From: Candidatus Moraniibacteriota bacterium
GTDB lineage: Bacteria > Patescibacteriota > Minisyncoccia > Moranbacterales > UBA1568
Direction of reading: 5' to 3'
Length of the DNA: 64,000 nucleotides
NCBI GenBank assembly: GCA_052034935.1
Contig: JBPOIB010000004.1
Span: forward strand, 9,896-73,895
Below the pieces are notes generated by a model. That model saw only the letters and a list, made by a program, of their open reading frames with translations. It did not search any database and was not told where the DNA came from. The translations under genes were made by a program, and so were the position numbers. Each line of letters starts with the position of its first letter. Position 1 is the first letter of the stretch. Positions 47,704 through 58,700 of the stretch are shown here, one piece after another.

Positions 47704-49122
47704 TTATTTCTCTCCCAGGAAACGCTCAACGCCGATGAAGTAGAGAATCCGCATGTTCTGATCAAGAATCGGCGCCACTCGGATATGAGCACGATAGGTT
47801 TTTCCCGACTTATGTTTGTTCACCACCTCCCCTTCGAATATCTGCTTATGAAGCCGAATCGTATCCCAGAAATGCTGGTAAAATTCCCGCGACATTTGCC
47901 GCCCCCAGAGCGAGGGCGTTTTTCCAGCCATCTCCTCCTCAGTGTAGCCCGTCAGCGTTTCGGCAGCGGCGTTCGCGTAGAGCACTTTTCCATCCGGATC
48001 AGTGATAATCATGTGGTCAAAGCTCTGATCGAGCGCCATTTTAAACTTGGACAGTTCGCTTTGCCCCCCTGAAATGATACCTTTTGATTTCTCAGCATTC
48101 TTTACCGCCCCCATCATGATGCTGGCTAGATATGAGAAATCATCGATATCACCCGCAGGTAAACCACCTGCCTGCATCACTCCGACCTGGCGAGCGATGC
48201 GACGCATATTCTCGATGCGGCGGAGCAAAAAGATATCGATGACGACAATCAGGATGCTCACATAGGTCGCGAGCACGAAGAGTGAGTATGTGAGGGCTTT
48301 AACCAGAAACTCATGCCCCTCCTTCAGGATTGCTCCCGGATACTCGATCCGAAGCAGAATGGATGGATTACCGAAGATATTATCCAACAACCGAAGCCCG
48401 ATGACTTTTCCGTCTGAATATTCGATAGCTGTCAGTGATCCTGGCTCAAGTATTTTCGGACGACTCTCGGTATCAACAACCTCGGTAAATCCGTACGGCT
48501 GGATATCCACTTTGAGACCCGAGAGTACTGTCAAAGTCTCTGTGTAGCTCTTATCGAGATAGCGCGCGAAAATGAGTGTCCCGCGGCGACTCCCGAGTCC
48601 GTCACTCGTCGTAATTGGCTGGGAAGTGACGATCAACATCGCATCCGGCGCGCTCAGAATTCCATTCTTCACCGGTGAGAGGTTATCGAAATCGAGCAGG
48701 TCGCTCTCGCCCTGGAAATAGCTCAGGAATTCATCTGGGATGGTCTGTACTCCCGGTGCGCCGTCATAGACCTGCTTGCCATAGACGAGTTCACCGGAAT
48801 TATTTATAAAGGCCATGATATTCACGCCGATCAGTTTAAGCGACTCATCATTCAGGTTGGAAGTGATGAAGGCCTCATTACGATCAGAGACGAATTGATA
48901 CGTATCATCCCAACGTGCCCAATCCGCCTGCTTGACAGAGAGGTTGGACATCTCGCGCTCCAGAATCCGGTCGACCAAAGCGAGTTGGTCTTCGGCATCG
49001 CTGCGCTGGACAGAACTCAATTCGTTTTCCGTGAAATACCACACTACTCCATAGGTAGCCGCGAAAAAGAGGAGTGTCGTGACGAGAAGGATGAGGTATG
49101 TCTTGTTCCTAAGTGAAAGCAT
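47704..49122 (-). CDS. Membrane sensor: TM-CHASE4-TM-linker-PAS, with no output domain
   Basis: DWARWDDTYQFV CHASE4 signature, GTLIFARYLD; C-terminal PAS/PAC ends at the stop. Confidence 0.85.
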   Translation of the reverse strand: MLSLRNKTYLILLVTTLLFFAATYGVVWYFTENELSSVQRSDAEDQLALVDRILEREMSNLSVKQADWARWDDTYQFVSDRNEAFITSNLNDESLKLIGVNIMAFINNSGELVYGKQVYDGAPGVQTIPDEFLSYFQGESDLLDFDNLSPVKNGILSAPDAMLIVTSQPITTSDGLGSRRGTLIFARYLDKSYTETLTVLSGLKVDIQPYGFTEVVDTESRPKILEPGSLTAIEYSDGKVIGLRLLDNIFGNPSILLRIEYPGAILKEGHEFLVKALTYSLFVLATYVSILIVVIDIFLLRRIENMRRIARQVGVMQAGGLPAGDIDDFSYLASIMMGAVKNAEKSKGIISGGQSELSKFKMALDQSFDHMIITDPDGKVLYANAAAETLTGYTEEEMAGKTPSLWGRQMSREFYQHFWDTIRLHKQIFEGEVVNKHKSGKTYRAHIRVAPILDQNMRILYFIGVERFLGEK

Positions 49123-49150
49123 AATTTTTATTTTCAGCTGATACCGGAAG

Positions 49151-49588
49151 CTACACTTTCAAGAGCGCCTTGAGCACATCGTGGGCGGTCAGAATCCCGA
49201 CGAGGGTGTTAGTCTCATTCACTACTGGCAAGGTATTGAAGTTTTTCTCGACGAGAAGCTTCCCGGCCTCTTCAATCGTGGCTGACGGCTGAATCGTAAT
49301 GCAGGGACTCGCCATGATTTCGCTCACTTTCACTTGGGATAGTTCCTTATTCTCAGGCCCGCTTTTCTTATGGGTCAACCGGTTGGTGAGATAGGATACC
49401 ATCGATACTGGCCCTGAATGCTGATAGAAGAAGTCTCCTTCCGCGACAATCCCCTGGAGTTCGAACAGCTCATTGACGATTGGAATCGCGTGGATTTGGT
49501 GCTGTACGATGAGGTCCGCAACGGCCTGAGCAGAGCTGTCTGCTTTCACCGAGATGATATTCGAGGTCATGATATCCTTGACGAGCAT
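49151..49588 (-). CDS. CBS-domain pair protein
   Basis: VKDIMT, IPIV..GIV...D, LPVV...LVGILT..D. Confidence 0.88.
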   Translation of the reverse strand: MLVKDIMTSNIISVKADSSAQAVADLIVQHQIHAIPIVNELFELQGIVAEGDFFYQHSGPVSMVSYLTNRLTHKKSGPENKELSQVKVSEIMASPCITIQPSATIEEAGKLLVEKNFNTLPVVNETNTLVGILTAHDVLKALLKV

Positions 49589-49639
49589 AGGGTTGGGGCG
49601 GCATCCGCCTATTTATACGAGTTATTGTACCATTTAATC

Positions 49640-51766
49640 TTACTCATAGCGGAGCGCATTCAGAGCTGAAATGCTCGTCGCTCGACGCGCCGGATAGATC
49701 CCGGTCACGATACCAACAATAAGAGAGAAAACGAGGATGGCAATCACGAATGGCGCCGGGATATAGGAGACATCAATCGCGCCGGCACCCTTGAAGATGG
49801 CGAGGAGGGAAAGTCCGGCGCCAAGTGCCTTGCCACCGACGAATCCGACCAAGAGGCCGAGAATACCTCCGAAAAAAGCCATTACCATCGACTCGGTCAG
49901 AAAAAGTTCCTGGACCTCAACCGATTTCATTCCGATCGCCTTCATGAGACCAACTTCGCGGGTCCGCTCGAGCAGAGAAACCGTCAACGTATTGAACATG
50001 CCGAGTGCCGCGACGCCGAGCGCGACCATACCGAGCAAACCAAGGATGATCCGGGCGCTGGCGAAGAACGAATTAATCTGGGTCACGGTATCAGCAACCG
50101 ATGTCGTCACATAACCCATTCCTTCAATCTGCTTCCGTACATCGGCCAATACTTCCTGATTGCGAGCCGTCACCTTCGCCTGTGAGTAGTACTCGATGCC
50201 GAGACCGCGCAAATCAATAAAAGGTACGTAGAAAATCGGGGTCTTATCTTCAGGAATCACTCCCACGATAGTATAGTCCTCAGAAACCGATTCGACCTTT
50301 TTCTGAGAATCCGAAAGGAGACTCCCCGTCACGACGAAACTTGTATTGAAAGTCTTGCCGATAGCACCTCCCTCATCGATAGAAAGCACCCGGAGCATTG
50401 CCCGGCTCACCACCGCTTCTTTGAGTGCACCTGCCGAGAGCGGCACCCGCTCGATATTGTCCGCCAAGATTGCCTCACCCTCTCCTTCGACCTCGACCCA
50501 GCCATCGCCTGATTCTCGAATATTCACTGCCGGTGTCTCACGTTCCGTCTGGGCGATATCTGCTCTCTCCTCGAGAGAGAGCGTCCGCAGTGTCAGCCAG
50601 TCATCAATCACCGCGAAGTAAGCCTGTCGGACGATGGGCTCCTCCACCTCGTCACGCTGCAAGAGATACTGGCCGCCGACGCAGTCAGGATCGGTCGTAT
50701 CACAGGTAGACTCTGCGAAAATCGAGAAGTTTCCTTTCACCCATTTTCCAAGCGGTGCTTTATCCCCGTCCGTCCCCGCCCGGCCGAATTCATCATTGGA
50801 ATCATAAGCACCTCCCCAGACGATATCGCCGGTCTGTTCAACCGTCTCGATTCGCCCAAAACCAAGAGACTCACTCTCAGCATCCGGCGACTGACGAAGT
50901 CGGACCCATCGGAGTCCGTTCGCCGAGAACGCGACTTTGTCGGCGATTTCTCCGCGCTGCTTCGGCCGCTCCTGGAGGGTTGCTTCAGCTGCGGCCCCGC
51001 TCGGCAGGCTTACTTCGTTGCTTTGGAAAAACTCACCCTGCGCTGGGCGAATAGCAGACTGCGCCAGATACTCGGTCGTCACACCGTAGACGGCCATATC
51101 GGAAACGGAATTCTGATAATTCACCCGGCCGACGACCGAAATGAGCGGTGCAACAGCGCTCACATTCGGAATCTGACTGAAATCTGACAAGGTTCGGTCC
51201 TGAATCTTTATCTTTCCTCCCGGCTGAAGAGAAACGTCAGCCTGCTGCATTTCTTCGAGCTCGGCCACCTGAGAGATAACCAAACGCTGCAGGCCGTACC
51301 CGATCGAGACAAGAAAGACAATCGATCCAATGCCGATCGCCATACCGCCGATCGTTACAGCAGTTCGAGTCTTCTTTCCTTTCATATTGCGGATAGCAAT
51401 CTCGATCAAGCTAACCTTGTCGATACTCTCTCCGTTTGCTGTATGGAAAAACCGAAACAGCCTTTCCGCATATCGGGAGAAAAGGATCTCCGATGGCGTT
51501 CCCGTCCCCATACCGTCTCCCCGGTTTCGCCGTTCGCGCCACAGCACCCGCCAGTACCAGACATGGAAAGTGATCTTGGCGAGAACGTAGGTAAGAATGA
51601 GCAGGATGAAGACGAAAATCCGGACGAAACTGTAGCGGAAAAAATCGTATACCGAGCGGAACCAGCCGGCCACGCCCCACTTCCGAGGGATCGCACCCGA
51701 AGTAGACGGTATCGGCAAAGCCACGGTCGTATTTTCAGTCTCAGTTTTTTTCTTTCGAAACCACAT
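49640..51766 (-). CDS. MacB/FtsX-like ABC transporter permease with enlarged extracytoplasmic domain
   Basis: KTRTAVTIGG..IGIG, NTLTVSLLERTREVGLMKAIG, GIYPARRA...ALRYE. Confidence 0.9.
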   Translation of the reverse strand: MWFRKKKTETENTTVALPIPSTSGAIPRKWGVAGWFRSVYDFFRYSFVRIFVFILLILTYVLAKITFHVWYWRVLWRERRNRGDGMGTGTPSEILFSRYAERLFRFFHTANGESIDKVSLIEIAIRNMKGKKTRTAVTIGGMAIGIGSIVFLVSIGYGLQRLVISQVAELEEMQQADVSLQPGGKIKIQDRTLSDFSQIPNVSAVAPLISVVGRVNYQNSVSDMAVYGVTTEYLAQSAIRPAQGEFFQSNEVSLPSGAAAEATLQERPKQRGEIADKVAFSANGLRWVRLRQSPDAESESLGFGRIETVEQTGDIVWGGAYDSNDEFGRAGTDGDKAPLGKWVKGNFSIFAESTCDTTDPDCVGGQYLLQRDEVEEPIVRQAYFAVIDDWLTLRTLSLEERADIAQTERETPAVNIRESGDGWVEVEGEGEAILADNIERVPLSAGALKEAVVSRAMLRVLSIDEGGAIGKTFNTSFVVTGSLLSDSQKKVESVSEDYTIVGVIPEDKTPIFYVPFIDLRGLGIEYYSQAKVTARNQEVLADVRKQIEGMGYVTTSVADTVTQINSFFASARIILGLLGMVALGVAALGMFNTLTVSLLERTREVGLMKAIGMKSVEVQELFLTESMVMAFFGGILGLLVGFVGGKALGAGLSLLAIFKGAGAIDVSYIPAPFVIAILVFSLIVGIVTGIYPARRATSISALNALRYE

Positions 51767-51769
51767 ATT

Positions 51770-52693
51770 CTATTGTTTTTCGAGCGTGCTCAAGTCCGCT
51801 TTCTTATAGGTCAGTTTCGACTCGAGCACCGCTTTATCTTCATCACGGTAAATGCCTTCAATGCGGCCATCCTTCATGTTAAGTGCCGTCTTTGAGTACC
51901 GAATATACTCAAGGTCATGTGTCACCATGATGATCGTCTTGCCCATATTGTTCAAGTCGTTCAGGAGATACATCAGGTTCTGTCCGGCTTCATAGTCGAG
52001 GTTTCCTGTTGGCTCATCGGCGACCAACACTTCCGGCTCGGTGATGATTGCCCGCGCCACCGCGACACGCTGCTGCTGTCCGCCAGAAAGTTCCATTGGA
52101 TGGTAGTGAGCCCAGCTCTCCATCTTCATAAGCTTCAGCGTCTCATACGCCTTTTCGAGACACTTCGTTTTCTCTTCACCGAGGAGCATCATCGGAAAAG
52201 CGACATTTTCCAACACGGTGAGTGACTTCACCCAGTTCGACTGCTGATACACCATGCCGATATGGTGCTTGCGGAACTGCGCGCGGTCATCCTCATTACG
52301 GCCCGCGTACATGTCTTCGCCCAGAAAGGTAATCTTTCCTTTGGTCGGAGGTTCGAGCCCGAGCAGAATATGGAGCAGTGTTGATTTGCCACAGCCAGAG
52401 GCACCGAAGAGCACCATGAAATCACCGCGCGTAACCGTAAAGTTGACCCCCTTGAGAACGAGCACCATCTGCGTACCGATATCAAACGCTTTGAACACTT
52501 CGTCCGCACGAATAATCACGTCACCCGTCGGTGCCGTCGATTTCAATGGCGCAGAAGTCTTTTCGGCCGAAGGTGCCGGATCCGGCGAAATCGGCGAGAC
52601 TATTGGTCCCGAAAATGCAGACTGTTCGTTTCCGCTGTTCGTTTCCGCTGTTCGTTTCTTCGATGGAGTTCTGACTGATTGTTCTGTGGACAT
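51770..52693 (-). CDS. MacB/LolD-like ABC ATP-binding protein
   Basis: [36 protein letters not shown]. Confidence 0.93.
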   Translation of the reverse strand: MSTEQSVRTPSKKRTAETNSGNEQSAFSGPIVSPISPDPAPSAEKTSAPLKSTAPTGDVIIRADEVFKAFDIGTQMVLVLKGVNFTVTRGDFMVLFGASGCGKSTLLHILLGLEPPTKGKITFLGEDMYAGRNEDDRAQFRKHHIGMVYQQSNWVKSLTVLENVAFPMMLLGEEKTKCLEKAYETLKLMKMESWAHYHPMELSGGQQQRVAVARAIITEPEVLVADEPTGNLDYEAGQNLMYLLNDLNNMGKTIIMVTHDLEYIRYSKTALNMKDGRIEGIYRDEDKAVLESKLTYKKADLSTLEKQ

Positions 52694-52704
52694 GTTGATG
52701 TTGA

Positions 52705-55700
52705 CTATTGACCGAGGATGGATCGAAGGCTGGTAATGACGAGATCGAGAGCGTTCGCGGTCGCTTTTGGCGTGATAGCCACTGTATCGACGGAGTTTCC
52801 GATGTTTCCCGCCTTGTCTCGAGAGATGATGCGCAGGTGATAGACCTTGGACGGCGTCAGTCCGGAGATGATCACCGTGTGATTGGTGACGAGGTTTCCG
52901 TCTTCTTGGGTCTTCTGAGCATAACTCGACCCCGTCCCTTCCCCGTATTCTACCTGAGAGCTCGACAATTCGTCAGTCGTCCAAGAAACGACCAACTGCG
53001 CTTCGGACTGCTCATTCGCATCATCGCCCGCCTTGGTCGAAACCGTACCCTCGACGTTCACATCGATGACTTGTGGCGGACGCGTATCGGTCGCTGTCGT
53101 AAAGCGCTGCGGATCAGACTCGGCTTCATTCCCCGCTTTGTCCCGACCCTTCACGATGAGCACATATGGCGTCTGCGGTAAGAGATTGCGCACCATGACC
53201 TTATGTTCCCCTTTCTGGAGCTTCACATTCACTTCGTCGCGGGATTCATCAGGTCGTCCCTCCGGATAATACGTCACGATGGATGATGTTTCTGTATTGG
53301 TCGACCAAGAGACAAGCATGATGGTCTGTGCGGAACCGCGCACCTGCTGGATCCGAACGTTCGATATCTTGGGCCGCGGCAAAGTCTCGAATGAAAGAAT
53401 ACTCCCGTCATACTCCTCCTCCTCACTATCAAGCGTATTGATCTTATAGAAATATTTTGTCCCATCAAGCAGGTTGTCGAGGGTGACATTATAGGTCGTC
53501 TTGGTCGTCGAGGTTGCAATTTCCTTCACGCTACCAAACGAAGCCGTCGTTCCATAGTAGATTCGCACTGAATTAGCATCCTGCGCCGTGAATTCGAGCA
53601 CCACGTTCGAGAGGCCGACCGTCTTTGCCTGAGGATCAGTCACCGTCGGTGCCGGCAGGGTCTCAAAAGAGTCTTCGGTCGAGGTCCCTGTATTCCCGTC
53701 CTCATCGGTCCACTTCGCTTTGAAGTAGTAGCGAGTGCCGGGTGAAAGGTTGGACAGCTTAATTTCATGATCGGTCAACTGATCGGAATTGCTCGGTTCC
53801 TCATTGAAGTATGAACGGGCGCCCTTTCCATACTGGATTTTGCTATCCGAAACACGGTCTGTCCCCCAGCTGATTGTGGCGGCCCGAGTCGTGATCAGCG
53901 AGACCTTCGGCTCAGCTGTAAGCTCAGCGGCTGTGGTGAAACGTCCGGATGGCAAGAGTTCTACCGCTGTCGAGAACGAACCACAGTTATGGACATTATC
54001 GCAGGCGCGAATCTTGTAATAGTACGTCTGCTGAAGAAGGCCTGTGTCGACGAAGGCGATACCGGTCGTCGAGGCCGCTTCAGTAAAGGTTGTCCCATCA
54101 GCCGAGCGGAAAATCTCGTAGTCCTGGACCGATGAGGCACCGCTCGATGGTGGCTCCCATGAAAGTGCAATCTTCCACGAGCTCGTACTCTTGACCGAGA
54201 CATCGGCAATCTCAATATTGAGCGGTATGCCGGGAGCGCTAGTATTCGCTGTGAAATTGACGCTATCGTACGCCCCATAATTGATGGCACCACCCACAAT
54301 ATCGGCATTTTTCGCAACGACATAGAAGGTATTTGTCCCGACCTGGGTAGCGAAAGCACTGGCCGCCACCGAGGTCGCGCCGGCCGAAGTGAAACTACAC
54401 GTAATCTCGGACGGAAGCGTATTCACCGTGTAGCAGTAAGTGAGGTCGTCGACATCTCCCGAATAGCTCGACGGCGGATCCCAAGAAAAAGCGAAGGAGT
54501 TGACGCTGTTCGTCGCCGGAGAAACATCGGCATTCTGTGGAGCGGTCGGACCCGTGCCAGAATAATAGAAGGCGACCTGGACGCTGCCGCTCGAGACATT
54601 GCCAGCAATATCGAGAGTCCGGAGATAAAAGAAGTTCTCACCGGTCTGATAGGCTGCACCAGGCAAGTTCACGCTCGTCGCGGTAATGGTCGATGACCAG
54701 CTTCCCGGATTGATGCTTGCCCCGACCTGATACTGGTAGCCGTCAACGCCGGAAGCAGCGTCGGCGGCCGTATTGGTCCAGAAGAATGTGAAGTCATTCG
54801 TCGAAGAATAACCACTCGGCGCCACGGTCACACCCGTTGGATTCTGCGGACCCGTACTATCGAGCTTGTAGATAAAGGCCGCATAGATCGGACTTACGTT
54901 CTGGGCATTATCTCTGGTCCGAATCCGGAGATAGTAAGTATTACCGCTCGTCAGACTTGACGGCACGAAAGTCGATCCCGCCTGGAATGTCCCCGCCGTC
55001 TCTGGGTCAGCAGTATTATCCGATCCGAAGTAGACATAGTAGCCACCAATTCCTGCGCCCGCATCCGTTGCACCCGACCAGCTGAAGTATGGTGCGGTGT
55101 AGGTGTACCAAGTATTCGTGGTCAGATTCACCGCACCACCCGACTGGTCGAGAGCTGTGATCGCGTTCGGTGCGGCAGGAGCGACGAGGTCGGAAGTCGA
55201 CTCCATGACCACCTCGTTCAAAGTCACCTGCTGATCACCATTACCGAGGAATATCGCCTGCCAGAGGAAACCGTCCTCAGTAACCGGAAAGGTCGGGATA
55301 TTCGTATTAACCGTTGCTTCGTCATTCGCCTGCGTAAAGCCCGACGATGCCGACCAGGCTCCGCCGTCCCAGTATTTCCAGGTTGTCCCACCATCATCGG
55401 ACAAGCGATACGTGATTGCTCCTCCATTCGGTGTTTCGGTTGTTGAAAAAGTATCCCAAGACTGCGTACCGATCAGACGGACCGCGGCCGTCGGCTGCAC
55501 CGCAACGCGGATGTTTGTATACGGTGTCGTATTGAAAGAGCTGCGCGCGATATTACTAATGCGGACTTCATCGATCATACCCACAAAACCTGATGGTACC
55601 CCACCAGCAACTGTCGACCCAGCTTGAATACCGAGGAGAAGCGGATGCGATGTATCAAGCATCGTCGCAGTCGTTGCGACACTTGTGTCTTCCACACCAT

Positions 55701-58700
55701 CCACATACAACTTGAGAGTGTTCCCATCGTACGAAACCGCCAGGTGATGCCAATCCGTATCCTGGCTCGTTGCTGTCGACTCGACCATGATATTTCCACC
55801 ATACGCCCAAATCGTCGCGTCGCTATTCGCCGTCAGGCCCGTGCCAGCATAAAGCCGGCCATCATAGACCGCGAGCGCATTAATCCGTTCGATAAGATTG
55901 GTCCAACCAGAATTTGCCGCATCACCGCCAATACGTGACCAGGCAGTCGTATTATAACGCCACACCTCACCTTCGCCAGCGCCCTCACCGAGGCCAACAA
56001 TGAGATCGCCATTATACGTCACCAGCGACTTGATGCGCTCATAGAGGTTATCGGTCCAACTGCCGTTCAAGCCATCACCAGCGATCGCCGTTCCGCCCCA
56101 GTTCGTGCCGTCCCATTTCCAGAGCTCGGCGTCGCCGGTACTTGCTCCGAGACCAGCGTAGAGTTCACCACGGTACCAGGTAAGCGCGCTCACCTCCTCG
56201 TAGGTCGAGTTCGCCCAACTTGAATTCACCGTATCTCCACCAAGCTTCGTCCAGCCGACAGTCTGAGTGCACGTTGCAGCCGTATCGCAAGTCCAAACCT
56301 CAGCATCACCGGCGCTTGAACCGAGTCCGACATAAAGGTTCGTCCCTCGGACCGCCATGCTCCAGACCGCTTCGAACATGCTATTGTTCCAGCTCTGCCC
56401 GCCCGCCCCCGTCGCATCGCCACCGCGGAACGTCCAGCCGGCGGTCGTCGTGCAAGTCGCAGCGAGATCACAGGTCCAGAGCTCACCATCCCCAGCCGCT
56501 GTCCCCTGGAGCCCAACATACAGTGTCGAACCGATCACGGTCATCGACCCGATGGTCCGTTTTGTGCCGGCGGCCCAAGATTGACCACCCGTACCCGTTC
56601 CGTCGCCGCCGATTTTGGTCCAGGTTGAACCGTTCCAGCTCCAGACCTCCGCATCACCATTCGTGCCACCGCCGAGCCCTGAGATAAGTGTCGTATTGTA
56701 CGTCGCCATCGCTGTCACCGAACGGTACGTCACTCCGGTCGAAGTGGGATGGCCATAGCCCCAGGAGCCATTTTTGGCTTGTCCGCCGATTCTCGTCCAG
56801 CTCGTCCCATCATATTCCCAGACCAGCGCATTACCATTGGAGGCGGCGGCGGCCAAATCATCACCCGTGCCGGCGTACAGCTTCCCACCGGCGGTCGTCA
56901 TTGATTTGACGCCGTTCATGCCGAAGACGCCCCAGCTATCGTTGAGGTAGTCGCCAGACAACCGAGTCCACCCCGCTGTATTGCTGCACGTACCACCGGT
57001 ATCGCAGCGCCACACTTCAGCACCAGATGTTCCGGCAGCCGAACTCGCACCGACAAAGAGATTCGTCCCCATGAGCGCCAGACTCGAGGCATAGAGGAAC
57101 GACGCGCCGGTCGCATTCCCCCAGGACTGGCCGCTTGCTCCATTGCCATCGCCACCGATTTGACCCCACGCCGGAGCGGTATCACAACTCGTACAGCGCC
57201 ACACTTCGGCATCACCCGCTGTATCCCCGATACCAGCATAGACCGTCGTCCCCGAGGCAAGGAGATCCCAAACACGTTCATAATTCGTATTGAAACTCGA
57301 GTTCACTCCATCGCCACCAACCTTCGTCCAACCGGCAGTGACCGTACAGGTCCCGCCGAGATCACAGCGCCACACTTCGGCATCACCGGCCGGAGTATTG
57401 CCGAGGCCCGCATAGATCATCGTACCGCTCGATGTGAGCGCCCGGACTTCTTCGTAAGCCCCCCATGATTGTCCGCCTGCACCAGTACCGTCCCCGCCCC
57501 GCTTCGTCCAGCCAGCCGTCGTAGAACAGGTACCGCCGAGATCGCAGGTCCAGAGTTCGCCATCACCTGATGTCAATCCTAATCCGACAGCGAGTATCGT
57601 GCCGTTCACGATGGTCATCGCTGAGACTTCTTCGTATACGTTTGTCCAGCTCTGTCCACCGGTACCGGTGCCATCGCCGCCGATCTTGGCCCAGGTCGGG
57701 CTCCCGCCATCGCAATTCGTACAGCGCCAAACCTCCGCATCACCGGCGGTCGTGCCGAGTCCCGCATAGATAGTCGTCCCGGACGCGACCAATGTCGTTA
57801 CTCGCTCATACGGACCAGGTGCAGCGATGAGCCAGCTCGAATTCACCGTATCGCCGCCGACTTTCGTCCACGACGAGCCATTGTAGCGCCACACTTCGGC
57901 CTCACCCGAGCTGTTGCCAATGCCGGCATAAATATTCGTCCCGTCCGAGGCTAGCGAAGAGGCGTCCTCATAGAACCCATCGGCCCAGCTACCATTGACT
58001 CCATCGCCCCCGATTTTCGACCAGACCGGACTCGTTGCACAGTCCGTACATTTCCATATTTCAGCATCACCGGTTACCGTTGTTCCGGTCGTTATACTTC
58101 CAAGCGCGACATAGATATCGCCCCCGACGACAACCTGTCGCCAGACGAAGTTTTTGCCGTTAGCGTCCCAGCTGCCATTCGTCTCGATATTCACCGAGAC
58201 ACCGTTATTATTCAACATGTCCGGACCGGCGACCTGGGCCCACTGATTGGCCGAAGATGGGGCCATCTCGAATGCCACCTTTCCCGTTTCATTATCGTAG
58301 TACATCTGATACGGCCCCTTATCAAGGATGCCTTGCCGGTTGCGATTCGAAGTCGCGTTGAATGCCGAGTCGAATTTCGTCCAGGCTTCGACAGTGAAAT
58401 TTCCTGTCAGCGAAAGCGAGCCAGAATCAGCAGCTGTAAACGATGAGGTTGATCCGTTGAAACCGAGTGCGTTATTCAAGCTCCCCGCTGAATAAGAGGT
58501 GTTCGCTACCGTTCCGGTATTGCCATTGCTCGAGCTATCGGCCGCATTACCGCTCGATTCGTCGAAATGCCAGAGAGCGGCCGTATTCGCATCGTTAGCA
58601 TAGTTCTGCACCTTGAGCCGCGCCGTCGATGACGTCACCTCGACAGTATTAGCATCCGATGGCGTATAGTCGCCCGACACGGAGAAATTCCAGGTATCCG

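Noticed and set aside
55800-58250. CRISPR-like or tandem DNA repeats (CGCCACACTTCGGC and variants)
   Set aside because: They are in-frame codons of the protein repeat AEVWR with synonymous variation and irregular spacing; no cas genes.
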